This document shows positions 26,980 to 36,090 of a stretch of 64,000 nucleotides of DNA, one piece after another. This DNA is from Gammaproteobacteria bacterium. Lineage in GTDB: Bacteria; Pseudomonadota; Gammaproteobacteria; Arenicellales; JAANXG01. Within the stretch, counting starts at the first letter, position 1; each line of letters starts with the position of its first letter. The translations under genes were made by a program, and so were the position numbers. The notes under the pieces are model-generated. The model did no database searches and was not told where the DNA came from. It saw only the letters and a list, made by a program, of their open reading frames with translations. The stretch lies in the NCBI GenBank assembly GCA_024638505.1, contig JAHEKE010000006.1, positions 35,902 to 99,901 on the forward strand. The letters are read 5' to 3'.

Positions 26980-29976
26980 CTAGGTCACGGCGCGCATTCT
27001 GGTTTGCTGTTTGGACTGGCTCATATAAGCGAGTTTCTGTGCCCGGCGCCCAAATGGTTTAGGAATGCCAATGAAACTACCCTGGGCGTAATCTATGCCG
27101 ACGGCCGCGACGATATCCATGATTTCCTGGTTCTCTACATGCTCGGCTACGGTATCTATGAGCATGACGTGTCCGACATCCTTGATCGCGTTGACTAAGG
27201 CCCGATCAACGTTGTCTTTTACAATATTCTGGATAAATGCGCCGTCTATTTTTAAATAGTCGACTGCCAGGTCTTTAAGATAAGCGAAGGAACTCAGTCC
27301 GCTGCCAAAGTCATCCAAAGCGAATGAGCAGCCCAGGGCTTTAAGTTCGCTGATAAATTCACGGGCATTCCTGAAGTGTGAGACCGCCGCAGTTTCGGTG
27401 ATCTCGAAGCATATCTGGGACCCTTTAACAGAATATGCCTCAAACTGAGATTCAATGTAGTTGAGGAAATCCGTCTGACTCAGAGAAGGCCCGGAAATGT
27501 TTATAGAGTAAATTGTATTGTTCGAAGCCTCACCACTGGCGATGATGCTGAAACACTCCCGCACTACCCAACGATCAATTGTGTTGCCCAGCCCGTATCT
27601 TTCCAGAGCGGGTAGAAACATGCTCGCCGGAACCAGCTGACCGTCCTCGTCGAACAATCTGAGTAGGATTTCGGCACGGCGCATGTCATCACTGTCGTTG
27701 CTTACACTCATTATCTCCTGTTGGAACAACGTCAAGCGATTTTGCTTCAGCGCCTGATGCAAATGGTTTACCCAGTGCATCTCCCTTCGCCTGGAATTCA
27801 TTTCAGCATCAGATTTCTCATAGACGTGAACCCGGTCCTTGCCCAGGTCTTTTGCCGTGTAACAGGCCATGTCGGCAGCACTCATAACAGCCGATACGCT
27901 CTCGCTGTCCTTATCGATCCCTACCGCACCAACGCTGATGCCGATATCAAAGACATGACTTTCCCACGCCAGGCGGGCGTTATGCGTCGCTCTTCTCAGC
28001 TTTTCTGCGATTACTTTAGCTTGATCAAGGCTGCAGCGGTGCAGCAAGATCGCAAATTCATCGCCTCCGAGTCGCGCTATGACATCGCCGCTGCGAATGT
28101 TTTGTGCAAGCAGATCGCTTATCAATTGCAGCAGATGGTCCCCAGCACGGTGTCCGCATGTATCGTTGACGATTTTGAACTGATCGAGGTCAATATAAAG
28201 CACAACGTGGGTTAGCTTATGCTGCACTGCGGATTTAAGCGCCAGATCCAGGCAGCGCTCAAATTCTCTCCGGTTGAGCGTGTCTGTCAGCGCATCGTGC
28301 GAAGCGTAATACGCCAGCTTTCTGGTCAATGCAAGAATACGGGTCGCGTCCCGCATGACTACGACCGAACCTATTGACCGATGCTGATCGTCTTTGATGG
28401 TCGCCATGCTGTAGGCCACATCTTTATTTGACCGCAGCCGCACTGAGTGCATTTCTTCGCTGCGCGTGTTCCAGTGTTTTTGTAGATTTTGAATCGAGCG
28501 CCCGGTATTTTGATCCAAGGCGCGAAACACATTTTCCAGGACCTTTCCCTTTGCTTGGCTAAGAGACAGCTCGGTCATGCGCTCGGCCACCGGATTCATA
28601 TAGGTTACGCAGTTTGCGTTGTCGGTAGTAATTACACCATCACCAATCGAATGCAGCGTTACCTGAGCCCGCTCCTTTTCTTCATAGAACAGCTGTTCCG
28701 CCCGCTTTCGGTCGTTAATATCCAGCAGATAACCATTGATACTGGTCAACTTGCCGGTATCGTCCCTGACCGGTATGGTGCGTTCGAATACCCATCGTTC
28801 TTCACCATCGGGGAGAATGATTCGGTAATCAAGTTCAACGAAATCTCGACCGGCATTGTCGCTGTTTTGATAGCCCAGTTTGGCTACTCTGGATTTGTCA
28901 TCGGGATGAACATACTGTGCGAAGTAAGTGCGATTCTGCATAAGCTCCTTCGCATTCAGACCCCATACGGATACGTTGGGTGAAGCGTATTCGACCGGCC
29001 AGCCCTCTACCGCTTTCCAGCGGAAGACGATAACCGGACCTTTGACAAACAGTTTCCGCTCCTGTTTGAGCCCGGCTTCGGCCTGACTGCGCTGCGCGAT
29101 TTCCTGATTGAGCTCAGTGTTTACTTGGGACAGGTTCTTGACCAGATCCTCGTTTACCAAGCGCAAACGCACGTTATCTACTACACTTTTGTGTGCTTTG
29201 ATTCCGGCCACATATATGCAGCCAAAAAAGGTCAGAATAGCAAGGACATAAAGTCTGGAGGTCGCTGAGTTTTCAAGCAAGAAACGGATTATCACGGGGC
29301 CGAACATGCTCACCATAAACAAGGTGTTCGCCCGCAGCGAGGAAGAATAGGATGCGGTGCTCACGCCTGCCAGGCCCCCCAGCAGCCCCAACACGAACAC
29401 CTGATAGAAAGGTGGCCAGGAAAAATCGTAGACCACGCCCAGCATCCCCCAGGACAATCCCGCCAGGACCGTACCAATGAGTCCGGCGACCTCCCAGCTA
29501 CCAAACTCATCGACGGAATCGACGATGTTCAGAAATCTTTTCATGTAAAGCCAGCGGATGATTACCAGCGTGACAAACCAAACTCCCCATGGAATCAACA
29601 GGGAGCGGTCGGTAACTGTCCACATGGCTATGATGGTCACCACCACCGCCACCAGCGTCAGATATTGGGTGGTTAATCCCTGCTGATAGAACATGGTCAG
29701 CAGCTGCCGCTGCATCGCGCTGGGGTCGACGCTCGCCGATGCGGCCAGCTGTTCAGTCTGAATTTCATCCGGTGTAAACGCTGGGTGCTGCTGCTCGTCG
29801 GTCTCCGCCCGCACTGGCGCGGACGGGGGCGGCATATCAACGCTGTGGGTTGGACCTGGAGACCGCTCCGCCGGTGCCGAGGTATCGTCCGACTCAGCCG
29901 CGACCGGCTCAGGCCGGGCGCGACGCCGGATAGTAATCTTTTTCGAAAGGAGATTGATCACCTTACCCCAACCCAC
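26980..29976 (-). CDS. Membrane-anchored PAS-GGDEF-EAL c-di-GMP turnover protein
   Basis: A multi-TM N-domain preceded by a Pro/Ala/Glu-rich tail, then PAS regions, RSGD I-site + RLGGDEF, and EAL-domain motifs EITET and DDFGSG. The start codon (GTG at 29976) is uncertain. Confidence 0.88.
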   Translation of the reverse strand: MGWGKVINLLSKKITIRRRARPEPVAAESDDTSAPAERSPGPTHSVDMPPPSAPVRAETDEQQHPAFTPDEIQTEQLAASASVDPSAMQRQLLTMFYQQGLTTQYLTLVAVVVTIIAMWTVTDRSLLIPWGVWFVTLVIIRWLYMKRFLNIVDSVDEFGSWEVAGLIGTVLAGLSWGMLGVVYDFSWPPFYQVFVLGLLGGLAGVSTASYSSSLRANTLFMVSMFGPVIIRFLLENSATSRLYVLAILTFFGCIYVAGIKAHKSVVDNVRLRLVNEDLVKNLSQVNTELNQEIAQRSQAEAGLKQERKLFVKGPVIVFRWKAVEGWPVEYASPNVSVWGLNAKELMQNRTYFAQYVHPDDKSRVAKLGYQNSDNAGRDFVELDYRIILPDGEERWVFERTIPVRDDTGKLTSINGYLLDINDRKRAEQLFYEEKERAQVTLHSIGDGVITTDNANCVTYMNPVAERMTELSLSQAKGKVLENVFRALDQNTGRSIQNLQKHWNTRSEEMHSVRLRSNKDVAYSMATIKDDQHRSIGSVVVMRDATRILALTRKLAYYASHDALTDTLNRREFERCLDLALKSAVQHKLTHVVLYIDLDQFKIVNDTCGHRAGDHLLQLISDLLAQNIRSGDVIARLGGDEFAILLHRCSLDQAKVIAEKLRRATHNARLAWESHVFDIGISVGAVGIDKDSESVSAVMSAADMACYTAKDLGKDRVHVYEKSDAEMNSRRREMHWVNHLHQALKQNRLTLFQQEIMSVSNDSDDMRRAEILLRLFDEDGQLVPASMFLPALERYGLGNTIDRWVVRECFSIIASGEASNNTIYSINISGPSLSQTDFLNYIESQFEAYSVKGSQICFEITETAAVSHFRNAREFISELKALGCSFALDDFGSGLSSFAYLKDLAVDYLKIDGAFIQNIVKDNVDRALVNAIKDVGHVMLIDTVAEHVENQEIMDIVAAVGIDYAQGSFIGIPKPFGRRAQKLAYMSQSKQQTRMRAVT

Positions 29977-30189
29977 GCAGAAACGATGAAATCAACTATT
30001 ATTCTAGTAGTTTATCGCTGTTTTGGGTACGTATGACCCGGTTTTACGGCTAATAATCGGGATCGCCGTGTCGTTGACGCAGGCGTTATGCTGCCTCGTC
30101 GATTGTTTAGGGCATGACGAGTAAGCCTGGTATCCCAAGTGCTGTCTGTCGATAAAACGGGGAGCGTGAAGAGGGTTGCGGCATCCAGC

Positions 30190-31557
30190 CTAGCTGTTGC
30201 GCAGATACCAGTCATACTCCAGAGGCGTCGTTTCCCGGTTGAACAGCTCGTATTCCTGTAGCTTTACCTGTGCATAGATTTGGCAGAAATCCCGACCTAG
30301 GTAGGCGCGGAGAGTTTTCGCGCTGGCAAAACTCTCGATTGCCTTTTGCCAGCTGTCGGGCAGCACGCGCTCCGCTGTGCTGTGGCTGGCGTCACCCGTG
30401 GTGATCGCCGGTGGTTCCAGTTTGTTGCAAAGACCATGATGTATGCCGGCCAGCACGCTGGCGGCAAGTAGATAGGGGTTGGCGTCGGCGCCGGCAACGC
30501 GGTGTTCAATGCGTCTGGCTGTAGAGTTTCCCGACGGTATGCGCACTGCAACGGTGCGATTGTTGTATCCCCAGTTGAGGTTGAGAGGTACAAACATTCC
30601 CTTACAAAAACGTCGGTATGAATTAGCACCAGGAGCATAAATCAACATCGACTCAGGCATGACGGCGAGAAGTCCGGCAACTGCATGCCGCAGTTGTTTA
30701 TTGTTCATACCATCTTGCGCGAAGATGTTCTGCGCTTCGCTGTTAATCAGGCTGACGTGTATGTGCATGCCGCTGCCAGCAAGGTCGTTAAAGGGCTTTG
30801 GCATAAAGGTCGCATGATAGCCGCTCTGCTCGGCGACGCCCTTGATGAGTCGTTTCAGCAGCATACCGTGGCCGCAGGCTGCTACCGCGTCGGTTTGATG
30901 CTGAAGGTTAATCTCATACTGACCGGGAGCGTACTCCGCCACAGCTACGTCTGCCGGCAGCTGTTGGGCTCTGGTCGCTGACATTATGCCGTCGATGAAA
31001 TCCGTATAGTCCTCAAGATCAGTGATGCTGTAAACCTGGGTTTTATGCTGTCGTTTACCCGTGACGGGGGATAGGGTGAGTTGCGGGGCGCTGTGTTCGT
31101 CCTGGTTCCGATCGATCAAGTAAAACTCCATTTCTATCGCCACTACCGGGGTCAGCCCAATGTCTGCAAATCGTTCTACCAGGCCGGCGACGACGGCCTG
31201 CGGGTCCCCGCTGAACGGCACACCCGGAGGCTCCTGCATCATCATCTGCACCTGGCCCGCCGCTTGCTTCCAGGGAATGCGGCAAATTGTGTTGGCTAAA
31301 GGCACACAGACAGAATCCTTGTCACCGGTGCGCAGGCCGATGTCTGAATACATAGAGGTGGCCCCGGTTACATCTGAGGCAAACAGCGATTTGGCCAGAC
31401 AGATTCCATCATCGTAAACATGAGCCAAAGCTTCTGGATACACACGTTTGCCGCGGTAGATGCCGTTCAAATCGGCAATCAGTAAGTCTATGTACTCTAT
31501 ATCTGGATTATCGCGGAGGAAGGATTCAGCTTCGTCTCGGTTTGCTCGCTCTAACAT
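30190..31557 (-). CDS. Glutamine synthetase family protein (gamma-glutamylpolyamine synthetase, PuuA/PauA-like)
   Basis: GS catalytic-domain pattern (NLNWGYNNRTVAVRIP, HRVAGADANPYL). Operon context with spuC and a PuuB-like oxidase. Confidence 0.85.
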   Translation of the reverse strand: MLERANRDEAESFLRDNPDIEYIDLLIADLNGIYRGKRVYPEALAHVYDDGICLAKSLFASDVTGATSMYSDIGLRTGDKDSVCVPLANTICRIPWKQAAGQVQMMMQEPPGVPFSGDPQAVVAGLVERFADIGLTPVVAIEMEFYLIDRNQDEHSAPQLTLSPVTGKRQHKTQVYSITDLEDYTDFIDGIMSATRAQQLPADVAVAEYAPGQYEINLQHQTDAVAACGHGMLLKRLIKGVAEQSGYHATFMPKPFNDLAGSGMHIHVSLINSEAQNIFAQDGMNNKQLRHAVAGLLAVMPESMLIYAPGANSYRRFCKGMFVPLNLNWGYNNRTVAVRIPSGNSTARRIEHRVAGADANPYLLAASVLAGIHHGLCNKLEPPAITTGDASHSTAERVLPDSWQKAIESFASAKTLRAYLGRDFCQIYAQVKLQEYELFNRETTPLEYDWYLRNS

Positions 31558-31592
31558 TTTATATGTTCATCGCGCCCATTGTTCATGCACTA

Positions 31593-32906
31593 TTACAGTT
31601 TGTCCAGCAGGCTGTAGTAAAGCATGCCGAGAACCAGCGCAGGCCAGCGCAGATAGCGACCGCCGGGAAAAGTCCTGGTCGGAATATCTTTCAAAAGATT
31701 AAATTTTTCCGAGTTACCGGTTATTGCCAGGGCAATGAGTTTTCCTGCTAGGCTGGCCATGGCCACGCCGTGACCGGAGTAACCCTGAGCGTAGAACACT
31801 TTGCCGTCCAGGTTGCCGAAATGAGGCATGCGATTTACCGTTACCGCAAGCGTACCGCCCCAGGCATAATCGATTCTAGTGTCTTTGAGCTGGGGATACA
31901 CTTTCAGCATGTATTTTCGGACGAAGGCTTTGATATCCCGCGGAAAGCTTCGCCTATAGTTCTCACCACCGCCGAACAGCAGACGTTTATCTGCGGAAAG
32001 CCGGAAGTAGTTGATTACGAACTTGGAATCGGCAACGGCCACGTCATCGCGGATGAGCGCCTTTGCCTCAGCAGCAGTAAGCGGTTCCGTCGCCAGAATA
32101 AAATTGTTGATGGGCATGATTTTACCTGCGATCCTCGGCTCCAATCGTTGCAGATAAGCATTGCAGGCAAGCACCATAAAGTCAGCCGTCACCGCAGCCG
32201 TTGCGCTGTGCACCTCGATCTTGCTGCTTGGGCGGTACCTGGTGACGCGTGAGTTTTCATATATACGCACACCGGCCTGGACGGCCGCCTGGGCCAGTCC
32301 CAGCGCATAGTTCAGCGGATGAAGGTGCGCCGCCCCGGTGTCGAGCCAGCCGCCAAAATACATCCGGGTTCCCAACATGTCACGCATTTCCTCATTGGAA
32401 ACTGCGCTTATGTGTTTATAGTCATACTCGGTTTTAAGCTTGTTGACATAAGCATGGGCAGGTTGAACGTAAGAGGCTTTGTGCATGGGGTGAAGCACGC
32501 CCGTTTTCAGGTCACACTGGATGTGATGCTTTTCGATCAAACTGTTAACGGTTTGTTTTGCTTCCTCCGCAAGATGCCAAAGGTGCTTGGCATGTTCCTT
32601 ACCCAGCAACGCTTCCAATTTATTCTGGTCCTGACGCTGTCCACTGCCGACTTGCCCACCGTTGCGGCCGGACGCGCCCCAGCCCACACGCTCAGCCTCT
32701 AGTAGTACCACGTCAAGTCCCAGCTCTGCCAGGTGCAGCGCGCAAGACAGACCAGTGAAACCGCCACCGACTACGCAGACGTCACAGCTGATCGCCTGTT
32801 CCAACCGGGGATAATCCGGCAGTGAATTAGCCGTCGCCGCGTAATAAGAATGTATATGCTCGGAACGCTTCAACCTAGCGGTCAACGGCTGAGGGCTGTC
32901 CAGCAC
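31593..32906 (-). CDS. FAD-dependent oxidoreductase (gamma-glutamylputrescine oxidase, PuuB/PauB-like)
   Basis: DAO-family dinucleotide fold DVCVVGGGFTGLSCALHLAE. Size and context fit PuuB/PauB. Confidence 0.85.
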   Translation of the reverse strand: MLDSPQPLTARLKRSEHIHSYYAATANSLPDYPRLEQAISCDVCVVGGGFTGLSCALHLAELGLDVVLLEAERVGWGASGRNGGQVGSGQRQDQNKLEALLGKEHAKHLWHLAEEAKQTVNSLIEKHHIQCDLKTGVLHPMHKASYVQPAHAYVNKLKTEYDYKHISAVSNEEMRDMLGTRMYFGGWLDTGAAHLHPLNYALGLAQAAVQAGVRIYENSRVTRYRPSSKIEVHSATAAVTADFMVLACNAYLQRLEPRIAGKIMPINNFILATEPLTAAEAKALIRDDVAVADSKFVINYFRLSADKRLLFGGGENYRRSFPRDIKAFVRKYMLKVYPQLKDTRIDYAWGGTLAVTVNRMPHFGNLDGKVFYAQGYSGHGVAMASLAGKLIALAITGNSEKFNLLKDIPTRTFPGGRYLRWPALVLGMLYYSLLDKL

Positions 32907-32912
32907 CGTGGC

Positions 32913-34286
32913 TCAGGCAAGCGTCTGTTGGGTCAGGTCCAGGCACTTGGCCGCCAGTTCAACGAGTTCATCGATCTGTTCTTTACTGATTATGAGCGGC
33001 GGGGATACCACCATCTTGTCTCCAACCGCACGCATCACCAGCCCGTTGTCAATACAGATGTCTCTGCATCGATTACCGACTTCGAGCTGCGCAGGATAGA
33101 ACTCACGCGAGGTTTTATCTTTTACCAGTTCCAAAGCGCCTAACAGCCCGAGGCTGCGCGCTTCACCCACCAGCGGATGGTCAGCAAGCTGACTCCATTT
33201 TCCCTTGAAATAGGGAGCGATTTCCTGATCCACCCGATCGACGATATTCTCGCGCTGCATAATGTTGATGTTTTCGGCAGCTACAGCGGCTGCCACGGGA
33301 TGTCCAGAGTAAGTAAATCCGTGCGCAAACTCGCCGCCCTTCTCAACGATCGTCTCGGCGACCTTGTCGCCGACCATCACCCCGCCGATAGGGAGGTAAC
33401 CGGATGATAATCCCTTGGCGATGGGCATCAGGTCCGGCCTGAGGTCGTAATAATCTGAGCCAAACCACTTTCCGGTTCGTCCAAACCCGCAAATAACTTC
33501 ATCCGCTATCAGCAGTATTTCATGCTGTGCGCAGATCTTTTTTATTTCCGGCCAGTAGGAACGGGGCGGAATAATCACACCACCAGCGCCTTGTATGGGT
33601 TCGGCGATGAACGCCGCCACCTTATGTGATCCAACCGCATCAATCCTTTCAGCCAGGGCGTGAGCGGCTTTGATGCCAAATTCTTCCGCGCTCAATTCAC
33701 CCCCGTCAGCGTACCAGTACGGTTGCATAATGTGCTCAACACCGGGCAGCAATACCACGCTTTGCTCATGCATGGGCTGCATGCCGCCAAGCGTGGCGGC
33801 GGCGATTGTACTGCCGTGGTAAGCGTTATGCCTGCTGATGATGACCTGTTTTTCGGGGTGGCCCAACAGTGCCCAGTAACGTCGCACCATGCGCACCACC
33901 GTGTCGTTAGCCTCAGAGCCGGAACAGGTGAAAAAAACATGATTCAGGTGTGGCTGAGTGATCGCGGCTAACTTCTGGCTAAGCGCGACTCCCGGCGGGT
34001 GTGTAGTCTGGAAGAAGTTATTGTAGTACGGCAGCTGCTGCATCTGTTCACTGGCCACTCGCGCTAACTCTACACGTCCATACCCGATATTGACGCACCA
34101 CAATCCAGCCATAGCGTCCAGTATTCGGTTACCATCAGAATCCCATAAATAGACCCCTTCGGCACGCACAATAATCCGGCTGCCTTTCTTTTTAAGCGCC
34201 TTATAATCAGTGAAAGGATGCAGATGGTGGCGACTGTCAAGGTGCTGCCACTGTGCGGTCGATAATTGTGTGTTTGTTTGGTTCAT
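32913..34286 (-). CDS. spuC: Putrescine/polyamine-pyruvate aminotransferase (class III)
   Basis: Collinear with P. aeruginosa SpuC as recalled (HHLHPFTDYK, GLWCVNIGYGR, DEVICGFGRTG, HGFTYSGHPVAAAVA). Confidence 0.85.
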   Translation of the reverse strand: MNQTNTQLSTAQWQHLDSRHHLHPFTDYKALKKKGSRIIVRAEGVYLWDSDGNRILDAMAGLWCVNIGYGRVELARVASEQMQQLPYYNNFFQTTHPPGVALSQKLAAITQPHLNHVFFTCSGSEANDTVVRMVRRYWALLGHPEKQVIISRHNAYHGSTIAAATLGGMQPMHEQSVVLLPGVEHIMQPYWYADGGELSAEEFGIKAAHALAERIDAVGSHKVAAFIAEPIQGAGGVIIPPRSYWPEIKKICAQHEILLIADEVICGFGRTGKWFGSDYYDLRPDLMPIAKGLSSGYLPIGGVMVGDKVAETIVEKGGEFAHGFTYSGHPVAAAVAAENINIMQRENIVDRVDQEIAPYFKGKWSQLADHPLVGEARSLGLLGALELVKDKTSREFYPAQLEVGNRCRDICIDNGLVMRAVGDKMVVSPPLIISKEQIDELVELAAKCLDLTQQTLA

Positions 34287-34313
34287 GGAATGATCTCGTT
34301 ATGGTGTCTGCTG

Positions 34314-35651
34314 CTAAACGTTCAACAATAGGTACTCCCGCTCCCACGGACTGATTACGCGCATAAACGTCTCAAACTCGGTTTCCTTTATGGCCGTGTA
34401 TACCTGGGTAAACTTGTTACCCAGCAGGTTCTGCAAAGGCTCGCTCTGATTGAGCAGGCCCAGGGCCTCGAATAGATCGTGTGGCAATTCTATAGGGAGT
34501 TCGTAAGCGCTGGTTGCTAAAGGCTCAGTAGGCGTTAGCCCTTCTTTCATGCCAAGATAGCCACAGGCCAGGGAGGCAGCGATTGCGATGTAGGGATTAG
34601 CATCAGCCGCAGCCACGCGGTTTTCCACGCGCCGGTCCTGCGCCTTGGAGTGCGGTACGCGCAGTCCCACGGTTCGGTTGTCGTAACCCCACTGCAGATT
34701 TATCGGCGCTGCACCGTAGCGGACGATGCGGCGGTAAGAGTTAACATAAGGCGATAGAAATGACATGGCTGCTGGTAGATACTTTTGCAGCCCAGCGATG
34801 TGGGCAAAGAAAACGTTATTGCTGTTGCCCGATTCATCGCTGAAAACGTTCTTCCCGGTATCTACATCCATCACGCTTTGATGGATATGCATAGCGCTGC
34901 CAGGTTGATCCTCCATTGGTTTAGCCATGAACGTCGCATACACGTCATGCTGCAGAGCAGCTTCGCGCATGGTGCGCTTGAATAGAAACGCCTGATCGGC
35001 AAGCACTAGTGGATCACCGTGCAGTAAATTGATCTCCATTTGCGCGGCACCCATCTCATGTATGAGATTATCAATTTTTATACCCTGCGCCTCGCAGTAG
35101 TCATAGACATCTTCGAACAGCAGATCAAACTCGTTTACCGCATCAATGCTATAGGCTTGGCTGCCGATTTCTGGACGACCAGAGCGGCCAGCGGGAGGCT
35201 GCAGAGGATAGTCCGGATCGATATTAGGTTTGACCAGATAAAACTCTAACTCGGGAGCGACGATGGGTTGCCACCCCTCCCGATGATACAAATCAATAAT
35301 GTTTCGCAGCACGTACCTCGGCGCAATTTCGACCGGTTTGCCATCCATGTAAAAGCTATCATGAATGACCTGGGCGGTTGGATCCTTCGCCCACGGCACT
35401 AAGCGAAGCGTATCGGGATCGGGACGCATGGCCATGTCGATGTCTGTGGGGTTGGCGATGGCATAGGCTCGTTCGGCATAGCTGCCGGTAACCGTCTGGG
35501 TAAAAATACTTTCCGGCAGGCGCATGTCGCCTTCATTGGACACTTTTTCCGCCGGCATGATTTTGCCTCGGCTCACCCCGGACATGTCCGGCACGATGCA
35601 TTCAACCTCAGAAATTTTATTGGCTTTTAGCCATTGTTGTATGTTTTTCAT
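34314..35651 (-). CDS. Glutamine synthetase family protein (second PuuA/PauA-like paralog)
   Basis: GS beta-grasp N-domain plus catalytic domain (NLQWGYDNRTVGLRVP, NRVAAADANPYI). First gene of a four-gene minus-strand operon with gaps of 27, 6 and 35 nt. Confidence 0.85.
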   Translation of the reverse strand: MKNIQQWLKANKISEVECIVPDMSGVSRGKIMPAEKVSNEGDMRLPESIFTQTVTGSYAERAYAIANPTDIDMAMRPDPDTLRLVPWAKDPTAQVIHDSFYMDGKPVEIAPRYVLRNIIDLYHREGWQPIVAPELEFYLVKPNIDPDYPLQPPAGRSGRPEIGSQAYSIDAVNEFDLLFEDVYDYCEAQGIKIDNLIHEMGAAQMEINLLHGDPLVLADQAFLFKRTMREAALQHDVYATFMAKPMEDQPGSAMHIHQSVMDVDTGKNVFSDESGNSNNVFFAHIAGLQKYLPAAMSFLSPYVNSYRRIVRYGAAPINLQWGYDNRTVGLRVPHSKAQDRRVENRVAAADANPYIAIAASLACGYLGMKEGLTPTEPLATSAYELPIELPHDLFEALGLLNQSEPLQNLLGNKFTQVYTAIKETEFETFMRVISPWEREYLLLNV

Positions 35652-36090
35652 TGGGTTATGTACTAAACTTAATACTGCTTATTGGGTAAATCTAGTCAGT
35701 ACCAACTAAACTGATGGTAGCGCAGCAACGGGCAGTCAGCGCTGGTGCCTGGGGGTTACGCATAACGCGAGCCAGTACCGGCCGACTCCTAATCAGGATC
35801 TATATGAAGGAAAAATGCATAGGCTGCAAGTAGCTTAGCACAGGTGGATGAAAGTTATCCTCATTCACTGCGTCCGCATTTCGGGCACAATAACACGAGC
35901 GAAGGAGCACCACGCATGACTAAAAACTATAGCGAATTCGGTTCACCCATTGTCTGGGAATCGTCCAAATTTTACAGCCTAAAAAAAGTCGGTGAGCTGC
36001 GACACGCCGGCCACGTTGTCAGCCGATCCAAGATCCGTTAGTGTCCATGGTTTTGTCGCATCACAGTTTACGGGCTTGACCAATCTCTCC

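Noticed and set aside
35735-35750. Sigma-54-like -24/-12 element (minus strand aGGCACcagcgcTGAc) upstream of the polyamine operon
   Set aside because: The GG is present, but the -12 element reads TGA instead of TGC and lacks the TT. One could argue for it biologically (an Ntr-type operon), but the match is too weak to call.
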